DNA from: Poseidonia sp.
GTDB taxonomy: Archaea > Thermoplasmatota > Poseidoniia > Poseidoniales > Poseidoniaceae
Reading direction: 5' to 3'
Assembly: GCA_038127845.1 (NCBI GenBank)
Contig: JAYPIL010000005.1
Span: 1-51,060 of the forward strand
DNA: 51,060 nt
Each line of letters begins with the position of its first letter. Position 1 is the first letter of the stretch. A program made the translations under genes and the position numbers. This document shows, piece by piece, positions 20,801 to 29,438 of this stretch. The notes under the pieces were generated by a model. That model had not been told where the DNA came from, ran no database searches, and worked only from the letters and a program-made list of their open reading frames with translations.

Positions 20801-21346
20801 CGCGACGAACTTGAGTTGCTTGTCCTTCTCTGTGAGACCACGTTCAACGCCTTTGATGGTGACGGCGATGGTGTGCCCGACGAAGAGGACGCCTTCCCCG
20901 ATGACCCTACCGAAACAAAGGACACGGACGGTGATGGTGTTGGCGACAACGCCGACATCGTGGCAAGTGTATCCAACGATATCGTTTATGCCTCAGCGGG
21001 TGTTTTGTTCGTCTTGCTGTTGGGTCTCCTCGTAGCGTTTGTGAGAGGGGGGCCAGGCCAGCACCCGGTCGACAAGCATTGGGAAACAGATGAACGGATG
21101 GAAGAACGCCTTCTCTCTGAGGTTGATGCGGAAGAACCGGTTCCAACGCCCATCTTGCCTCTCAACAGCGGATTGGTTGAGCAGTCCACTGCCTTCCCTG
21201 CGACGGATGCCTCCGGTCTCGAAGCACCAAACGAAGCGCTGATGGGCATGATGTTGGATGGTGTTGAGACCATCGAGCACCCAACAGCCAGCGGCCAGTT
21301 GTGGACACGAGCCCAACCCGACCAGCCGTGGCAACCCAAACCTTAG
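17804..21346 (+). CDS. Large membrane-anchored surface protein (C-type lectin, LamG, PPC-like repeats, EF-hands, TSP3-like repeats, TM)
   Basis: Signal peptide; LWIGLSD..EG..RW.DG...WND lectin motifs; ALRFDG/TLSAWI/GLIDNI LamG motifs; repeated GGxG(D/E)-type PPC-like units; DRDSNG and DINGD EF-hands; DGDGDGVPD repeats; C-terminal TM helix. Confidence 0.85.
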   Translation: MKKALLLVALFLLSLCSPLLSTTTGESVEEMSVLHTAVNPTNNNTYHLLVASSWEDAASYALSLGGFLVTVDDASENKWIVDTFSTWDNQSRHLWIGLSDDAQEGQYRWHDGTPFLYRNWGDAQPSEGGDEHYIHIAGTNMGNIEPGTWNDLENDPQYFPVYGVVEVGPGADYALRFDGESDHVVIEHDNGLDFTNHSTLTLSAWIHPFGLSGNQFIVMKGDYGWGLYLKDDRLAFSSEYSLANHPVSNATIAEDTWSHVKVVVTAGEGYAFSIDGVDAGVIADEDATIPFGDFGSNDCYETGQDCDQLYIARMGAGCECGYFEGLIDNITVSSGPNASSLSERSKWMFAEGEGSMTEDGVSNRSGTIVGADWVMPDGSIVAQAVELQIGEEYFLEGGAQGDTLLFYAEVEAYTRSLSWFSSSWSFDDWEEDTESALNVYVGFNFMPDRWNHNASFSDDFGFAYEEWSWPEEGTVWFVVVMERDLGELYLYLDADVADPPPTLDDMTELKDSIAVTGQEVGSSFDNGDAGTAYYYVNVTEPLADLRVRTYGGRGDVNIGISYYSPPSPDDLWEIAFDGDDGEVKMEEPSKLQWSTGPGNNEEVHLFDVEPGLYYITAFTYRNARGFTIVADFVYPPVNIEPEDAITLTPGVEYGLLSGYEGLMQFFKVEVPQDTERLIVDLSDGGGEASLYLRHEQAPTTTTFDHHSTAEGAGDRIAFNDPTPGWWYILLTSEAAFTGVNIVAEFADRYVWEYDGVPIELFNDEPLDGVSVGKGGEISFYAMLDEPGSFFQIETYGGSGDVQLLVEGLQYEVEFGDWGRPEPGDGLDVETSETTLKSGSSGTNHIVTLQAPMNGRIEISLIGISDSEEVSLVARWDRSELPIEPVEPKEPSSATPCDQSAEEMFKKLDRDSNGLLEGSEIDSIDASAANRNGMDINGDQSIEFREYLQFKCSCEVELSSVFDEFSQGRDEVSLDSLETHPWSNTYDFEAVNGNDDTGIDRDELELLVLLCETTFNAFDGDGDGVPDEEDAFPDDPTETKDTDGDGVGDNADIVASVSNDIVYASAGVLFVLLLGLLVAFVRGGPGQHPVDKHWETDERMEERLLSEVDAEEPVPTPILPLNSGLVEQSTAFPATDASGLEAPNEALMGMMLDGVETIEHPTASGQLWTRAQPDQPWQPKP

Positions 21347-21357
21347 GTCTGCAAGGA

Positions 21358-21364
21358 CTATATT
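21358..21364 (+). promoter_or_regulatory. Putative TATA box of tRNA-Arg
   Basis: CTATATT located 22-28 nt upstream of the tRNA 5' end. Confidence 0.4.
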
Positions 21365-21385
21365 CTCCGGTGGCTACCAAGAGAC

Positions 21386-21457
21386 GCCCTTGTAGTGTAG
21401 TGGATATCACCCTCGCCTCCGGAGCGAGGAACCCGAGTTCGAATCTCGGCAGGGGCG
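21386..21457 (+). tRNA. tRNA-Arg(CCG)
   Basis: Acceptor GCCCTTG/CAGGGGC, D-arm TAGTGTAGTGG, anticodon stem CTCGC/GCGAG with loop CT-CCG-GA, T-arm CCGAG-TTCGAAT-CTCGG; no intron and no encoded CCA. Confidence 0.95.
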
Positions 21458-21458
21458 T

Positions 21459-22547
21459 TCAATCTTCAACGAAGCCTTCCCATCGACGCATGTAGGCGAT
21501 GAACCTCGGGCTTAGGGATGCCTTCTCCAACTCCTCAACGGAAAACGGGGGTCGTTTTGGAGCATCTGCGTCGTTTGCCAGCGCCTCTGGCCAGTTTGGA
21601 TGGGCGATGCCTGCACGCGCCACGCCAACGAAATCACCGCCCTGGTCCATAGCGTCCTCTGCGTCGTTGCGATTCCATACTCCCCCGGTGGTGATCAGAG
21701 GAATTTGGCCCTTGAGCTCATGAGCGAACCATTCGGTGAGCGTTCGTTCTTCTTGTCCGATCGTCGCACTTTGATGGATGTCCCAACAAGAAACATGGAT
21801 GAAATCCAGCTTGAGTGTCAAGCACGAATTGAGGGTAAACAACGCGTCATGCATGGTGATGCCTACGCCTTTGTGAACCGGTGATAGGCGGACACCCACC
21901 ACGAAGTTTTCACCGGTTTGTCGTCGAACTTCTTTGACCGTTTCAACGAGAAACGCTTGGCGCTTTTCGGACGAGCCACCCCAGGCATCTTCCCGCCTGT
22001 TGGTTTGCTCTCCGAGGAACTGAGAAATGAGATAACCGTGAGCACCATGAAGTTCAACCCCGTGAAATCCAGCCGCTTCACAACGTTTTGCTGCTAGACC
22101 AAAGGCCCGTATTGTTTCGTGAACCTCTTCATCGGTCATGGCCCGGGAAACATTTCCCTCTTCATCAAGGAGGTTCTCTGAAGCAGATTTTGGTTGCAGT
22201 CCAGTCAAAGATTCGGGAGCCCTCATGCCACCGTGGAACAGTTGGGCGAGGCCGATTGAACCGTGTTTTGTTATGGCTGTTGCCATGTTAGTAAGGCCGG
22301 GGAGAAATTCATCCGACCAAACGCCGAATTCACCCTCCCAGCCTTGCCCGTCTTCTTGCACGTGTGTTGCAGCGGTCGTGACGATGCCAAATCCTCCTCT
22401 GCTTCGGGCTTCAAGCCAAGCAATTTCCTCTTGCGTGACATACCCGTCGTTCTGGCTTTGCTTGTTGGTCATGGCAGCGAGAACGCAGCGATTCTTGACC
22501 CGAAGTCCGCCCCGTCGAAATTGAAACGGGGCAAGGGCAGGGTGCAT
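21459..22547 (-). CDS. NADH:flavin oxidoreductase (Old Yellow Enzyme family)
   Basis: KNRCVLAAMT, AQLFHGG, AGFHGVELHGAHGYLISQFL, NRREDAWGGS, GVRLSP. Start set at MHPAL. Confidence 0.93.
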   Translation of the reverse strand: MHPALAPFQFRRGGLRVKNRCVLAAMTNKQSQNDGYVTQEEIAWLEARSRGGFGIVTTAATHVQEDGQGWEGEFGVWSDEFLPGLTNMATAITKHGSIGLAQLFHGGMRAPESLTGLQPKSASENLLDEEGNVSRAMTDEEVHETIRAFGLAAKRCEAAGFHGVELHGAHGYLISQFLGEQTNRREDAWGGSSEKRQAFLVETVKEVRRQTGENFVVGVRLSPVHKGVGITMHDALFTLNSCLTLKLDFIHVSCWDIHQSATIGQEERTLTEWFAHELKGQIPLITTGGVWNRNDAEDAMDQGGDFVGVARAGIAHPNWPEALANDADAPKRPPFSVEELEKASLSPRFIAYMRRWEGFVED

Positions 22548-22698
22548 GGGATGAGGCTCTGCCCGTCTCACATCATGTTTTCCAACCATAGGTCTCTTGA
22601 ATTATCGAGATTTGGTTTGGTTGAAGCACACGTGATCTAGTGGTTATGATGGGAGGTTCCCAACCTCTCTACCCGAGTTCGAGTCTCGGCGTGTGCAT

Positions 22699-23619
22699 CT
22701 ATCGTCGTGCAGTGTTTGATTTGGGAGACACGAGCGACATGATGTGGCGGTGCATTGTCGGCAGCATTTCAAACATGATGAGCGCCATCAAAAACATGGC
22801 AAACAAACTCACGAATCTGGCAACGTAGGTGTGGCCAAATTCAAACACGCTCATTCCCCACAAGTCCCATTGGGTATAGGTCATGTGCATCCAAATCAAT
22901 CCAGCATTCCGGAAAACGTTGAGCACGTGAATCAAGGGCACCACAAGCAACAGGGCTCGCAGACGCTTTTTCCAAGGTAAATCGAGCACGGAGATGGCGC
23001 CAATAAAGAGGACCATCGATTGAATGGCCGTGCACGCAAGAACAAAATTGATGCCGATCATCGTGCCGTCGGCGAGCAGCAACTCGGATTGAAAGGCATA
23101 CTCTCCGGTGAAATCCGTGGCAAACCAACGGTTTCCTTCCCATTGTTCCCACGATACCCTTCCCGACGGGTCATTGACCCACGTGGTGCCGATTTCGATG
23201 TGTTGGCCTGTAGCAAACCCAAGAAACCAAGCGGATTGGGAAGCGACGAACCAAATCGCAAGGACGCTCAGATACGGCACGTAGGAAATGAGCATGTAGG
23301 GGCCACCTGCAAATGCCACCGTTCCCTGAGCCCACGTGAGTGCCTTGCGTTGGTCGGCGTTGGCTGTTTGTTCCCACCAAGCGGCCAAGCAACCCAAAGG
23401 GAGGGTGAGCGCACACATGACGGTGAGAATTACATCGTCGTGTTCCAAGTACACCCAGGATTGTGTGAAGAAATAGAACCCGACCAAAACCCATCCCAGT
23501 TGGGCGATTCGGAAGTTTTCCGATGCTCTCCGAAGCCAAGCTACGGCAAGCAAGAGCATACCGAGCGCCCCGAGCAGCGTGGCCGATTCGGGATTCACCA
23601 GCACGGTAGGCGCTCGCAT
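22699..23619 (-). CDS. Archaeosortase (exosortase family, ArtA-like)
   Basis: Multi-TM protein with LACTAIQSM (Cys), LNVFRN (Arg) and FGHTYVAR (His/Arg). Start set at MRAPTV. Confidence 0.85.
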   Translation of the reverse strand: MRAPTVLVNPESATLLGALGMLLLAVAWLRRASENFRIAQLGWVLVGFYFFTQSWVYLEHDDVILTVMCALTLPLGCLAAWWEQTANADQRKALTWAQGTVAFAGGPYMLISYVPYLSVLAIWFVASQSAWFLGFATGQHIEIGTTWVNDPSGRVSWEQWEGNRWFATDFTGEYAFQSELLLADGTMIGINFVLACTAIQSMVLFIGAISVLDLPWKKRLRALLLVVPLIHVLNVFRNAGLIWMHMTYTQWDLWGMSVFEFGHTYVARFVSLFAMFLMALIMFEMLPTMHRHIMSLVSPKSNTARR

Positions 23620-23706
23620 AGGTTGCCTTTGAATCCTCCTCGCATCGCAAAAGCACTTGGTGTGGTTTGAAGAGCAGGCGTCATGGAGGGCCCCTTTCTT
23701 CGCGTG

Positions 23707-24342
23707 ATGAATTCCTCTCCTCTGTCGCAACGCAGCCGTGCTCCTCTTGCGTTCCTCGATCGAGACGGGGTGGTCAATGTGGGGCGAGCAGGCTACGTCA
23801 ATCGGACATCTGAAGTGGAATTGTTGGAAGGTTCAGCACGTGCCATTGCCGAACTGAAACGTCTTGGATTTCTTGTTTGCATCGTGACAAACCAATCGGC
23901 TCTCGCACGCGGATTGTGGGGTGGTGACCAACTCGTTGTCATTCACGATGAAATTCAAGCCCAATTGCATGCCACTGATGCCGGGGCAACCATCGATGCA
24001 TTCATCACGTGTCCTCACCGGTTTGAGGACAGATGTTCCTGCCGGAAACCTTCACCGGCTATGCTTTCGCTTGGCCATCGGGTTCTCCGGGAGGATTCGT
24101 CATCCATCAAAGAGAATGAACTTGTGAATGCAGGGGTGCAATCGTACGAAGTGGACTGGTGGGGCGAAAAACCCACTGCGCCCAACCCGCGTGACGTCAT
24201 GGTCGGTGATCGACGCACGGATATGGGTGCTGGATGGGCCTATGGTGCGCGGTTGTTTCGTGTTTCAGGGCAGTTCGGGCTCGTTCAAGCCATTGAACGA
24301 ATCATTGATGAGAATGAAGAAGGTGATGTGTTTCAACCGTGA
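23707..24342 (+). CDS. HAD IIIA phosphatase (GmhB / histidinol-phosphatase-like)
   Basis: FLDRDGVVN, VTNQS, CPH...CSCRKPSP, MVGDR..D. Start 23707 or 23683. Confidence 0.88.
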   Translation: MNSSPLSQRSRAPLAFLDRDGVVNVGRAGYVNRTSEVELLEGSARAIAELKRLGFLVCIVTNQSALARGLWGGDQLVVIHDEIQAQLHATDAGATIDAFITCPHRFEDRCSCRKPSPAMLSLGHRVLREDSSSIKENELVNAGVQSYEVDWWGEKPTAPNPRDVMVGDRRTDMGAGWAYGARLFRVSGQFGLVQAIERIIDENEEGDVFQP

Positions 24343-24351
24343 GGGGAAATC

Positions 24352-25545
24352 ATGGGATGGCTGGGCCTTGACGACACGGATTCCCTCAACGGTGGCTGCA
24401 CCACCGAAGTGTTTCATCGTTTGATTGAAGACCTTCCCAGCCAAACCACCGTGGGTGAACCGTGTTTGGTCCGTCTTTGGCCGTTTGCTCACCGACGAAC
24501 ACGCGGCAATGCTGCGATGGCCGTTGAGCTCAATCACCCAAATGAAGACGACTTAATGGAGCATCTTGATGCTTGGTGGGAGACCCATATTCTACCTTTG
24601 CAGGGCGAGGTTGCTTCTTCTGCCATGTCCTCGAGAGAACAACACCCCACGAGTCCAGGTATGGTCTGGTTCAAAGAAAAACCGTCTGCGACACACTACT
24701 GGACGGCCGTAAGGGGTCATGTCGGCCTTGATTCATTACCCGTTGCGGATCGTTCTTGGGGTGAGTTTGGACGAATTGGGGCATCAGCCGCAGCCGCATG
24801 GGACGAAACGCCAACAACATGGGAGGCCATCGTCTGGCGCCAAGCATCGGCTCAAGGCCCAAGAAGAATCGATGAGGAGACCTTGGCAAAGTTGGATGAA
24901 TGGCCATCCATCGTGTTTTCTCGAGATCCTCGCCGAGGCACGCAACTGATTGCTCCACGTGGCCGTTCCCCGGTGTTGTTTGGCTTGCGGTCAAGGTCCT
25001 CGGCGGATGCAGAAAGGGGGTGCCAAATGTTGCTGAATTCTCCAGGTACGGAACATGCCAGTGGATGGCGAGTGTTTCGAACCAATCAAGCATCGGGTGA
25101 CCATTTGACCAATTCGTATATCCTGACTGTTCGTTCGTCTGAAGTTCATCCCGAACGAAAACACGTCCGACTCGAGACAGAACAGATGCCGGTCTTGATG
25201 TTTGCAGAAGGGGGGCCCGTGAACGCCCTTGGCCGGTGGGTCATGCAGGGAGATAGGATTGAAGTGCGGGGCTTGATCGATCGGGAAGGTTGTCTTCACG
25301 CCGAACAGGCTCGCGTGATTCATGCAGTCGCTCGTCGAAGAATGCGACCGCTCTGCTCAACATGCAGCACCCGATTGAAAAGCATGGGCTCGAACCAAGG
25401 ACTTCGGTGTCCATCATGTAAAGCCAAAACCGAGGATGCTTGGGACGATGTTGACGTGGCCTGTCCGTTTCTCAATTGGGTGGAGCCCCATGTAGGGGGC
25501 CGACGCCATCTCTCGCGCCCGCTGGAATGGTCCTCAACCGCATGA
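24352..25545 (+). CDS. tiaS: tRNA(Ile2) agmatinylcytidine synthetase
   Basis: GLDDTDS..GGCTT, LVRL...TRGNAA, PVLFGLR, FRTNQASGDH, OB fold, C-terminal CSTC...CPSC ribbon, RRHLSRP. Confidence 0.9.
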   Translation: MGWLGLDDTDSLNGGCTTEVFHRLIEDLPSQTTVGEPCLVRLWPFAHRRTRGNAAMAVELNHPNEDDLMEHLDAWWETHILPLQGEVASSAMSSREQHPTSPGMVWFKEKPSATHYWTAVRGHVGLDSLPVADRSWGEFGRIGASAAAAWDETPTTWEAIVWRQASAQGPRRIDEETLAKLDEWPSIVFSRDPRRGTQLIAPRGRSPVLFGLRSRSSADAERGCQMLLNSPGTEHASGWRVFRTNQASGDHLTNSYILTVRSSEVHPERKHVRLETEQMPVLMFAEGGPVNALGRWVMQGDRIEVRGLIDREGCLHAEQARVIHAVARRRMRPLCSTCSTRLKSMGSNQGLRCPSCKAKTEDAWDDVDVACPFLNWVEPHVGGRRHLSRPLEWSSTA

Positions 25546-25599
25546 GTTGCCTAGAACTCGGTCAAAACCATCAAAAGGGTCGCTCCCCTTCTGAGCATC

Positions 25600-25860
25600 A
25601 TGGAGCCTGAGACCACCAAAAACATCGCCTACATCATCATGGGTCTCTCGCTTGCGGTCATGGTCTGGTTCATCAGCCAGCGGGCGATGAAAAACAGGAT
25701 GGAAATGCTCGAATTATCGGGGCCAAAGATAGCAGGAGATGACGCGTTGGAAGGCGGGGCACGGAATCCTCAACAATTCGACGAACCGGATGACGAGGCA
25801 CTCGACGAAATGGCGAAGTTGCTCGGCGAGGATGATGAGGATTCAACCATGGAAGCCTGA
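25600..25860 (+). CDS. Small single-TM protein with acidic tail
   Basis: 86 aa, N-terminal TM helix, D/E-rich C-terminus; fills the gap between tiaS and a convergent gene. Confidence 0.7.
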   Translation: MEPETTKNIAYIIMGLSLAVMVWFISQRAMKNRMEMLELSGPKIAGDDALEGGARNPQQFDEPDDEALDEMAKLLGEDDEDSTMEA

Positions 25861-26433
25861 TTCTTCCAAAGCGACCTTCACTTTCTCTCCTTGGCGGTCA
25901 ATGATACGATTCATGCGAGCTTCGTTTTTCCAAAGCCTCCAGATTTCAAATCCCATGTTCGATATGGATTCGGCGCCCCTTGCCACAATGGGTTCATCGG
26001 TTGCACCGCTGGCATCAACACTCCCCTTGGAAATGAGCATCACGGTGACGTGCTCGGGACAGCCATCAATGAACCGCTTGATCTGGTTCAACATCTCTTG
26101 CTGGATTCGTCCGGAATCGTTGCACCAGTCGTCCATCACCACCAAGCCGACACTGGGCAACGAGTTGGTTGCTTCCAACAAGGCATCCATGGCCCGCTCA
26201 AATTTCCCTCCGAAGTTCATCGCATGGAATCGGGACGATTCCACGAGTGAAAGATGGTGAAACAATTGAGAAAATCTCGCTGAATCGGGCATTTCAACGG
26301 ACGCCCAAAGGACACGCTGCCCCTTGTTAATGGTATCAGCCGCAGCATGGAGGCCAACGGTCGTTCCACCACAACTGCCTTCCACGGCAAGGTGGATGCG
26401 TTGACCATCGAGGCCGAAATCGTATCGCTCCAT
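25843..26433 (-). CDS. Degenerate RecA/RadB-like P-loop protein
   Basis: RIHLAVEGSCGGTTVGLH (Walker A-like, no Lys), RVLWAS.E...RFSQL, GLVVMDD (Walker B-like). Confidence 0.6.
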   Translation of the reverse strand: MERYDFGLDGQRIHLAVEGSCGGTTVGLHAAADTINKGQRVLWASVEMPDSARFSQLFHHLSLVESSRFHAMNFGGKFERAMDALLEATNSLPSVGLVVMDDWCNDSGRIQQEMLNQIKRFIDGCPEHVTVMLISKGSVDASGATDEPIVARGAESISNMGFEIWRLWKNEARMNRIIDRQGEKVKVALEESGFHG

Positions 26434-26521
26434 GACCTGTGAGACTCGTCATCGGTGAATGAGGGTTGCGGCGGGGTTCGATTTCGCAAGGCATATGACC
26501 TGTGCCCCCCTCGTTCGCACC

Positions 26522-26731
26522 ATGAGCGGCGATGTTCGAAAAGGTGAACGCATTCCACGCAGGCCCGCCCCTGAATTTGAGGAAGCGGGGAGTTTTGTTG
26601 AAGCCATCACACGAGACGGCTTCTTCGGGACAGCTCTTGACGACAAAAACCAGTATGGCCCGGTGGCCATGATGGTCCTGCTGCTGATCGTTGCCGCCAT
26701 CACCGGTACGGTCATTCGTCTCCTCGGCTGA
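26522..26731 (+). CDS. Small protein with C-terminal TM helix
   Basis: MSGDVRKG..., 69 aa ending in a single hydrophobic helix (tail-anchored topology). Confidence 0.65.
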   Translation: MSGDVRKGERIPRRPAPEFEEAGSFVEAITRDGFFGTALDDKNQYGPVAMMVLLLIVAAITGTVIRLLG

Positions 26732-26795
26732 ATTCGCCTGTAGGCGCATCCTCGTCAAGGGAAACATCATACCCTTGCTTGCCTCACTGGATTGT

Positions 26796-27230
26796 ATGAG
26801 TGGGGTCAATGTTGAAAGTCGCACGTCCTCACAAGACAAACGATGGACCATCATGGCGGCCTTGTTGGGCACCAATACTGCGCTGATGTTGTTTCAAGGA
26901 ATTGAACAGGCCAAGTTCCCGAACCCCGTGCGTGAAATTGCGCTCTCCATCATTGCGGCGGCGCTTCCTTTCCAGGGCATCTATTTCCTCATCTACACCT
27001 TTCTTCTCGAACACGAAGCCCACCTTCCCGAAGAGCGAATTCACAAATTGGGTCTCGCATCAGCCTTGTGCCAGATGATTTCCTATGCGTCGCTGGTGGG
27101 CGTTGCGATGATGTGGTACGACCTCTCGATGTGGATTGGTGTTGCCTTCATGTTCTCCTCGCTTCTTGCGATTTTCTTGATTCGAATCGTCATGGGCCCG
27201 GTTGACGCCCAAGATGATGTTGCTGCATGA
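26796..27230 (+). CDS. Four-TM membrane protein of unknown function
   Basis: About four hydrophobic helices. Start set at MSGVNVE. Confidence 0.7.
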   Translation: MSGVNVESRTSSQDKRWTIMAALLGTNTALMLFQGIEQAKFPNPVREIALSIIAAALPFQGIYFLIYTFLLEHEAHLPEERIHKLGLASALCQMISYASLVGVAMMWYDLSMWIGVAFMFSSLLAIFLIRIVMGPVDAQDDVAA

Positions 27231-27293
27231 CGGCCTGGTCCTTTCATGGCTGTCCGAGGGAAGGTTGATTTAGCGAGGCGATGGCCTCACAGC

Positions 27294-28643
27294 ATGGCCT
27301 TCTGCCCGTTGGACTATCGCTATGGTTGTCAAGACTTCAAACACATCTGGTCGGAACTCGGGCGACACGAGCGGCAACTTGAGGTTGAGCGTGCGCTCAT
27401 CTGGGCGCATTGGCAACTTGGTCGAGTCAGCGAGGCAGATTACAAGGCCGTAGCGGCCATTGCGAATCCGGAGGCGGTCACCAAAGAACGCGTGAGTGAG
27501 ATTGAGGCAGAAACCCGTCACGACATCATGGCCCTGACCAAAGCGATGGCTGAAGCCGCTGGTGAGGCTGGATGGTGCATTCACCTCGGTGCAACGTCGA
27601 ACGATATCGTGGACACAGCCGTTGCGCTTCAACTCCGGGACAGCATGCTCTTGCTGCGTCAGCAACTTTGTCATCTCATCGGTGTTTGTGCGGATGTCGC
27701 AGAGCGAGAACGTGACACGGTCATGTTGGGGCGAACCCACGGGCAGGCCGCCGTCCCCATCACGTTCGGACTCAAGGCGGCGGTTTGGTTGGACGAATTG
27801 CGCCGCCAATTGATTCGTCTCGACGAGGCCTCACCTCGCGTGGCTGTTGGAAAATTCCTTGGCGCAGTTGGTACGGGGGCGGCTCAAGGCGCCCATGCTC
27901 GTGAGCTCCAAGAACGCATTCTCACCCACCTCGGGTTGGGTGTTCCGCTTGCAACAACACAAGTGGTGGGGCGAGATCGGTATGTCGAATACGTTTCGTG
28001 GTTGGCAAACGTCGCTACTTCGTGCGAAAAAATTCTGCAAGAAATTCGAAACCTCCAGCGGTCTGAACTTGCTGAGGCAGGGGAAGGCTTCGATGTCAAA
28101 AAGCAGGTTGGTTCGTCCACCATGGCCCACAAGAAGAACCCTATCAAATCCGAAAACGCTTCAGGTCTCGCTCGTATCGTTCGTTCCTTCATCATTCCAA
28201 CCTATGAGAATGCCTTGCTTTGGCATGAACGGGACTTGGCCAACTCCAGCAGCGAGCGGTTCACGCTTTCTCACGCATCCGCTCTGTGCGAAGACGTCAT
28301 GGCCAAGACCGCTGATGTTCTCACCAACATGTGGGTCGATGCGGAGCGATGTTTGGAAAACATCCGCTCACAGCGTGGATTGGTAATGGCTGAAAAAGTC
28401 ATGATTGAACTTGTGGATGCCGGCGTTGCTCGAGACGAAGCCCACGAAGTCCTACGCGCTGCTTCGTTTGAGGCTGTAGCGAACAAAGAGGAACTCATCG
28501 ATGTTTGCAGTCGGACCCCCGCCATTGCAGCGGCCTTCACGGCGGAACAACTGGAGCACATGTTCGACCCGATGAACCACGTTGGGGTCGCAGGCGAAAT
28601 CGTCGATGAATGCGTTGCACTCGCAAGAGCAGCGATTCAGTGA
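27294..28643 (+). CDS. purB: Adenylosuccinate lyase
   Basis: PLDYRYG, ETRHD, HLGATSNDI, GRTHGQ, GAVGT, GSSTMAHKKNP, WHERDL. Confidence 0.97.
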   Translation: MAFCPLDYRYGCQDFKHIWSELGRHERQLEVERALIWAHWQLGRVSEADYKAVAAIANPEAVTKERVSEIEAETRHDIMALTKAMAEAAGEAGWCIHLGATSNDIVDTAVALQLRDSMLLLRQQLCHLIGVCADVAERERDTVMLGRTHGQAAVPITFGLKAAVWLDELRRQLIRLDEASPRVAVGKFLGAVGTGAAQGAHARELQERILTHLGLGVPLATTQVVGRDRYVEYVSWLANVATSCEKILQEIRNLQRSELAEAGEGFDVKKQVGSSTMAHKKNPIKSENASGLARIVRSFIIPTYENALLWHERDLANSSSERFTLSHASALCEDVMAKTADVLTNMWVDAERCLENIRSQRGLVMAEKVMIELVDAGVARDEAHEVLRAASFEAVANKEELIDVCSRTPAIAAAFTAEQLEHMFDPMNHVGVAGEIVDECVALARAAIQ

Positions 28644-29284
28644 ATCTCAACGTGGCCGCGCACGCCGTCCCATTGTGTGGTGGTTGACACTTCGAGGCGA
28701 CCGTTAATGTGCGGGCCGGCGAGGACCAGCGTTTCATACTCGCCCCCCTCTCCCTCAACATGAAATCGGAACTTGGTGGCCAGGGCCTCCAGTCGCTCAA
28801 ATGATTCCCGTGTGAGGACATGGCCCAGCCATTCTTGATTGAGCCCTTCTGCTGAAACGCCTGTGATCATGATCTCAAATCCGTGTTCAATCATTTCGCG
28901 CACGTGCTGCTGACCCGATTGGTGCCATAACGGCGTCCAACTGTGTATCCCCAGTCGTTCACACATCCGTTCGAGGCGTGTTTTTTGGTAGTCGGAACGG
29001 AGTGCTCCGGAAACGATGCCGTCCAGGGAACGTCCCCGAAGTGCGTCTTCGAGGGCTTCGATGTCATGTGGTGTTTCCCCGGAAACACTGACCTCAACCC
29101 AAGGAAGGCCCGCAAGGTTGGCTTGACGTTCGACGAGATGGGTACTCGGGAGTTGAAACATCGGAGAATCATCCCCAAGGACCCGCACTGTCACCAAGGA
29201 ATCGATGGTCCATCCTTGACAAAGGGCCCACCACCAAGCCGCTGCGGAATCTTTCCCACCGGAGGAGAGAACAGCAACACGCAT
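28637..29284 (-). CDS. dph6: Diphthine--ammonia ligase (PP-loop ATPase)
   Basis: MRVAVLSSGGKDS, SGALRSDYQKTR, TPLW, GEGGEYETLV. Confidence 0.9.
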   Translation of the reverse strand: MRVAVLSSGGKDSAAAWWWALCQGWTIDSLVTVRVLGDDSPMFQLPSTHLVERQANLAGLPWVEVSVSGETPHDIEALEDALRGRSLDGIVSGALRSDYQKTRLERMCERLGIHSWTPLWHQSGQQHVREMIEHGFEIMITGVSAEGLNQEWLGHVLTRESFERLEALATKFRFHVEGEGGEYETLVLAGPHINGRLEVSTTTQWDGVRGHVEIH

Positions 29285-29399
29285 GGATGCTCGGACAAAT
29301 CGGGCATAGATGAGGCTGTTCATGGCCGTGGGTTCATACGGGTCGGCATGGAGGGGTCGTTGGCGCAGGGAGCGTGTCATGCAACTTGACCCGTATCCT

Positions 29400-29407
29400 C
29401 TTAAAGT
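29400..29407 (+). promoter_or_regulatory. Putative TATA box of the psmA-exosome superoperon
   Basis: CTTAAAGT about 32-39 nt upstream of the psmA ATG, in a divergent intergenic region. Confidence 0.35.
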
Positions 29408-29438
29408 GTCAACCAAGCGAACAAGATGAGGTCAGACC

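Noticed and set aside
20850-20960. Repeated GA(C/T)GG(C/T)GATGGTGT-like units
   Set aside because: They encode DxDGDGV calcium-binding repeats; there is no repeat-spacer periodicity, so not CRISPR.
17804-22589. Possible genomic island integrated at tRNA-Arg
   Set aside because: No integrase, no duplicated tRNA 3' end noticed, and no obvious compositional shift.
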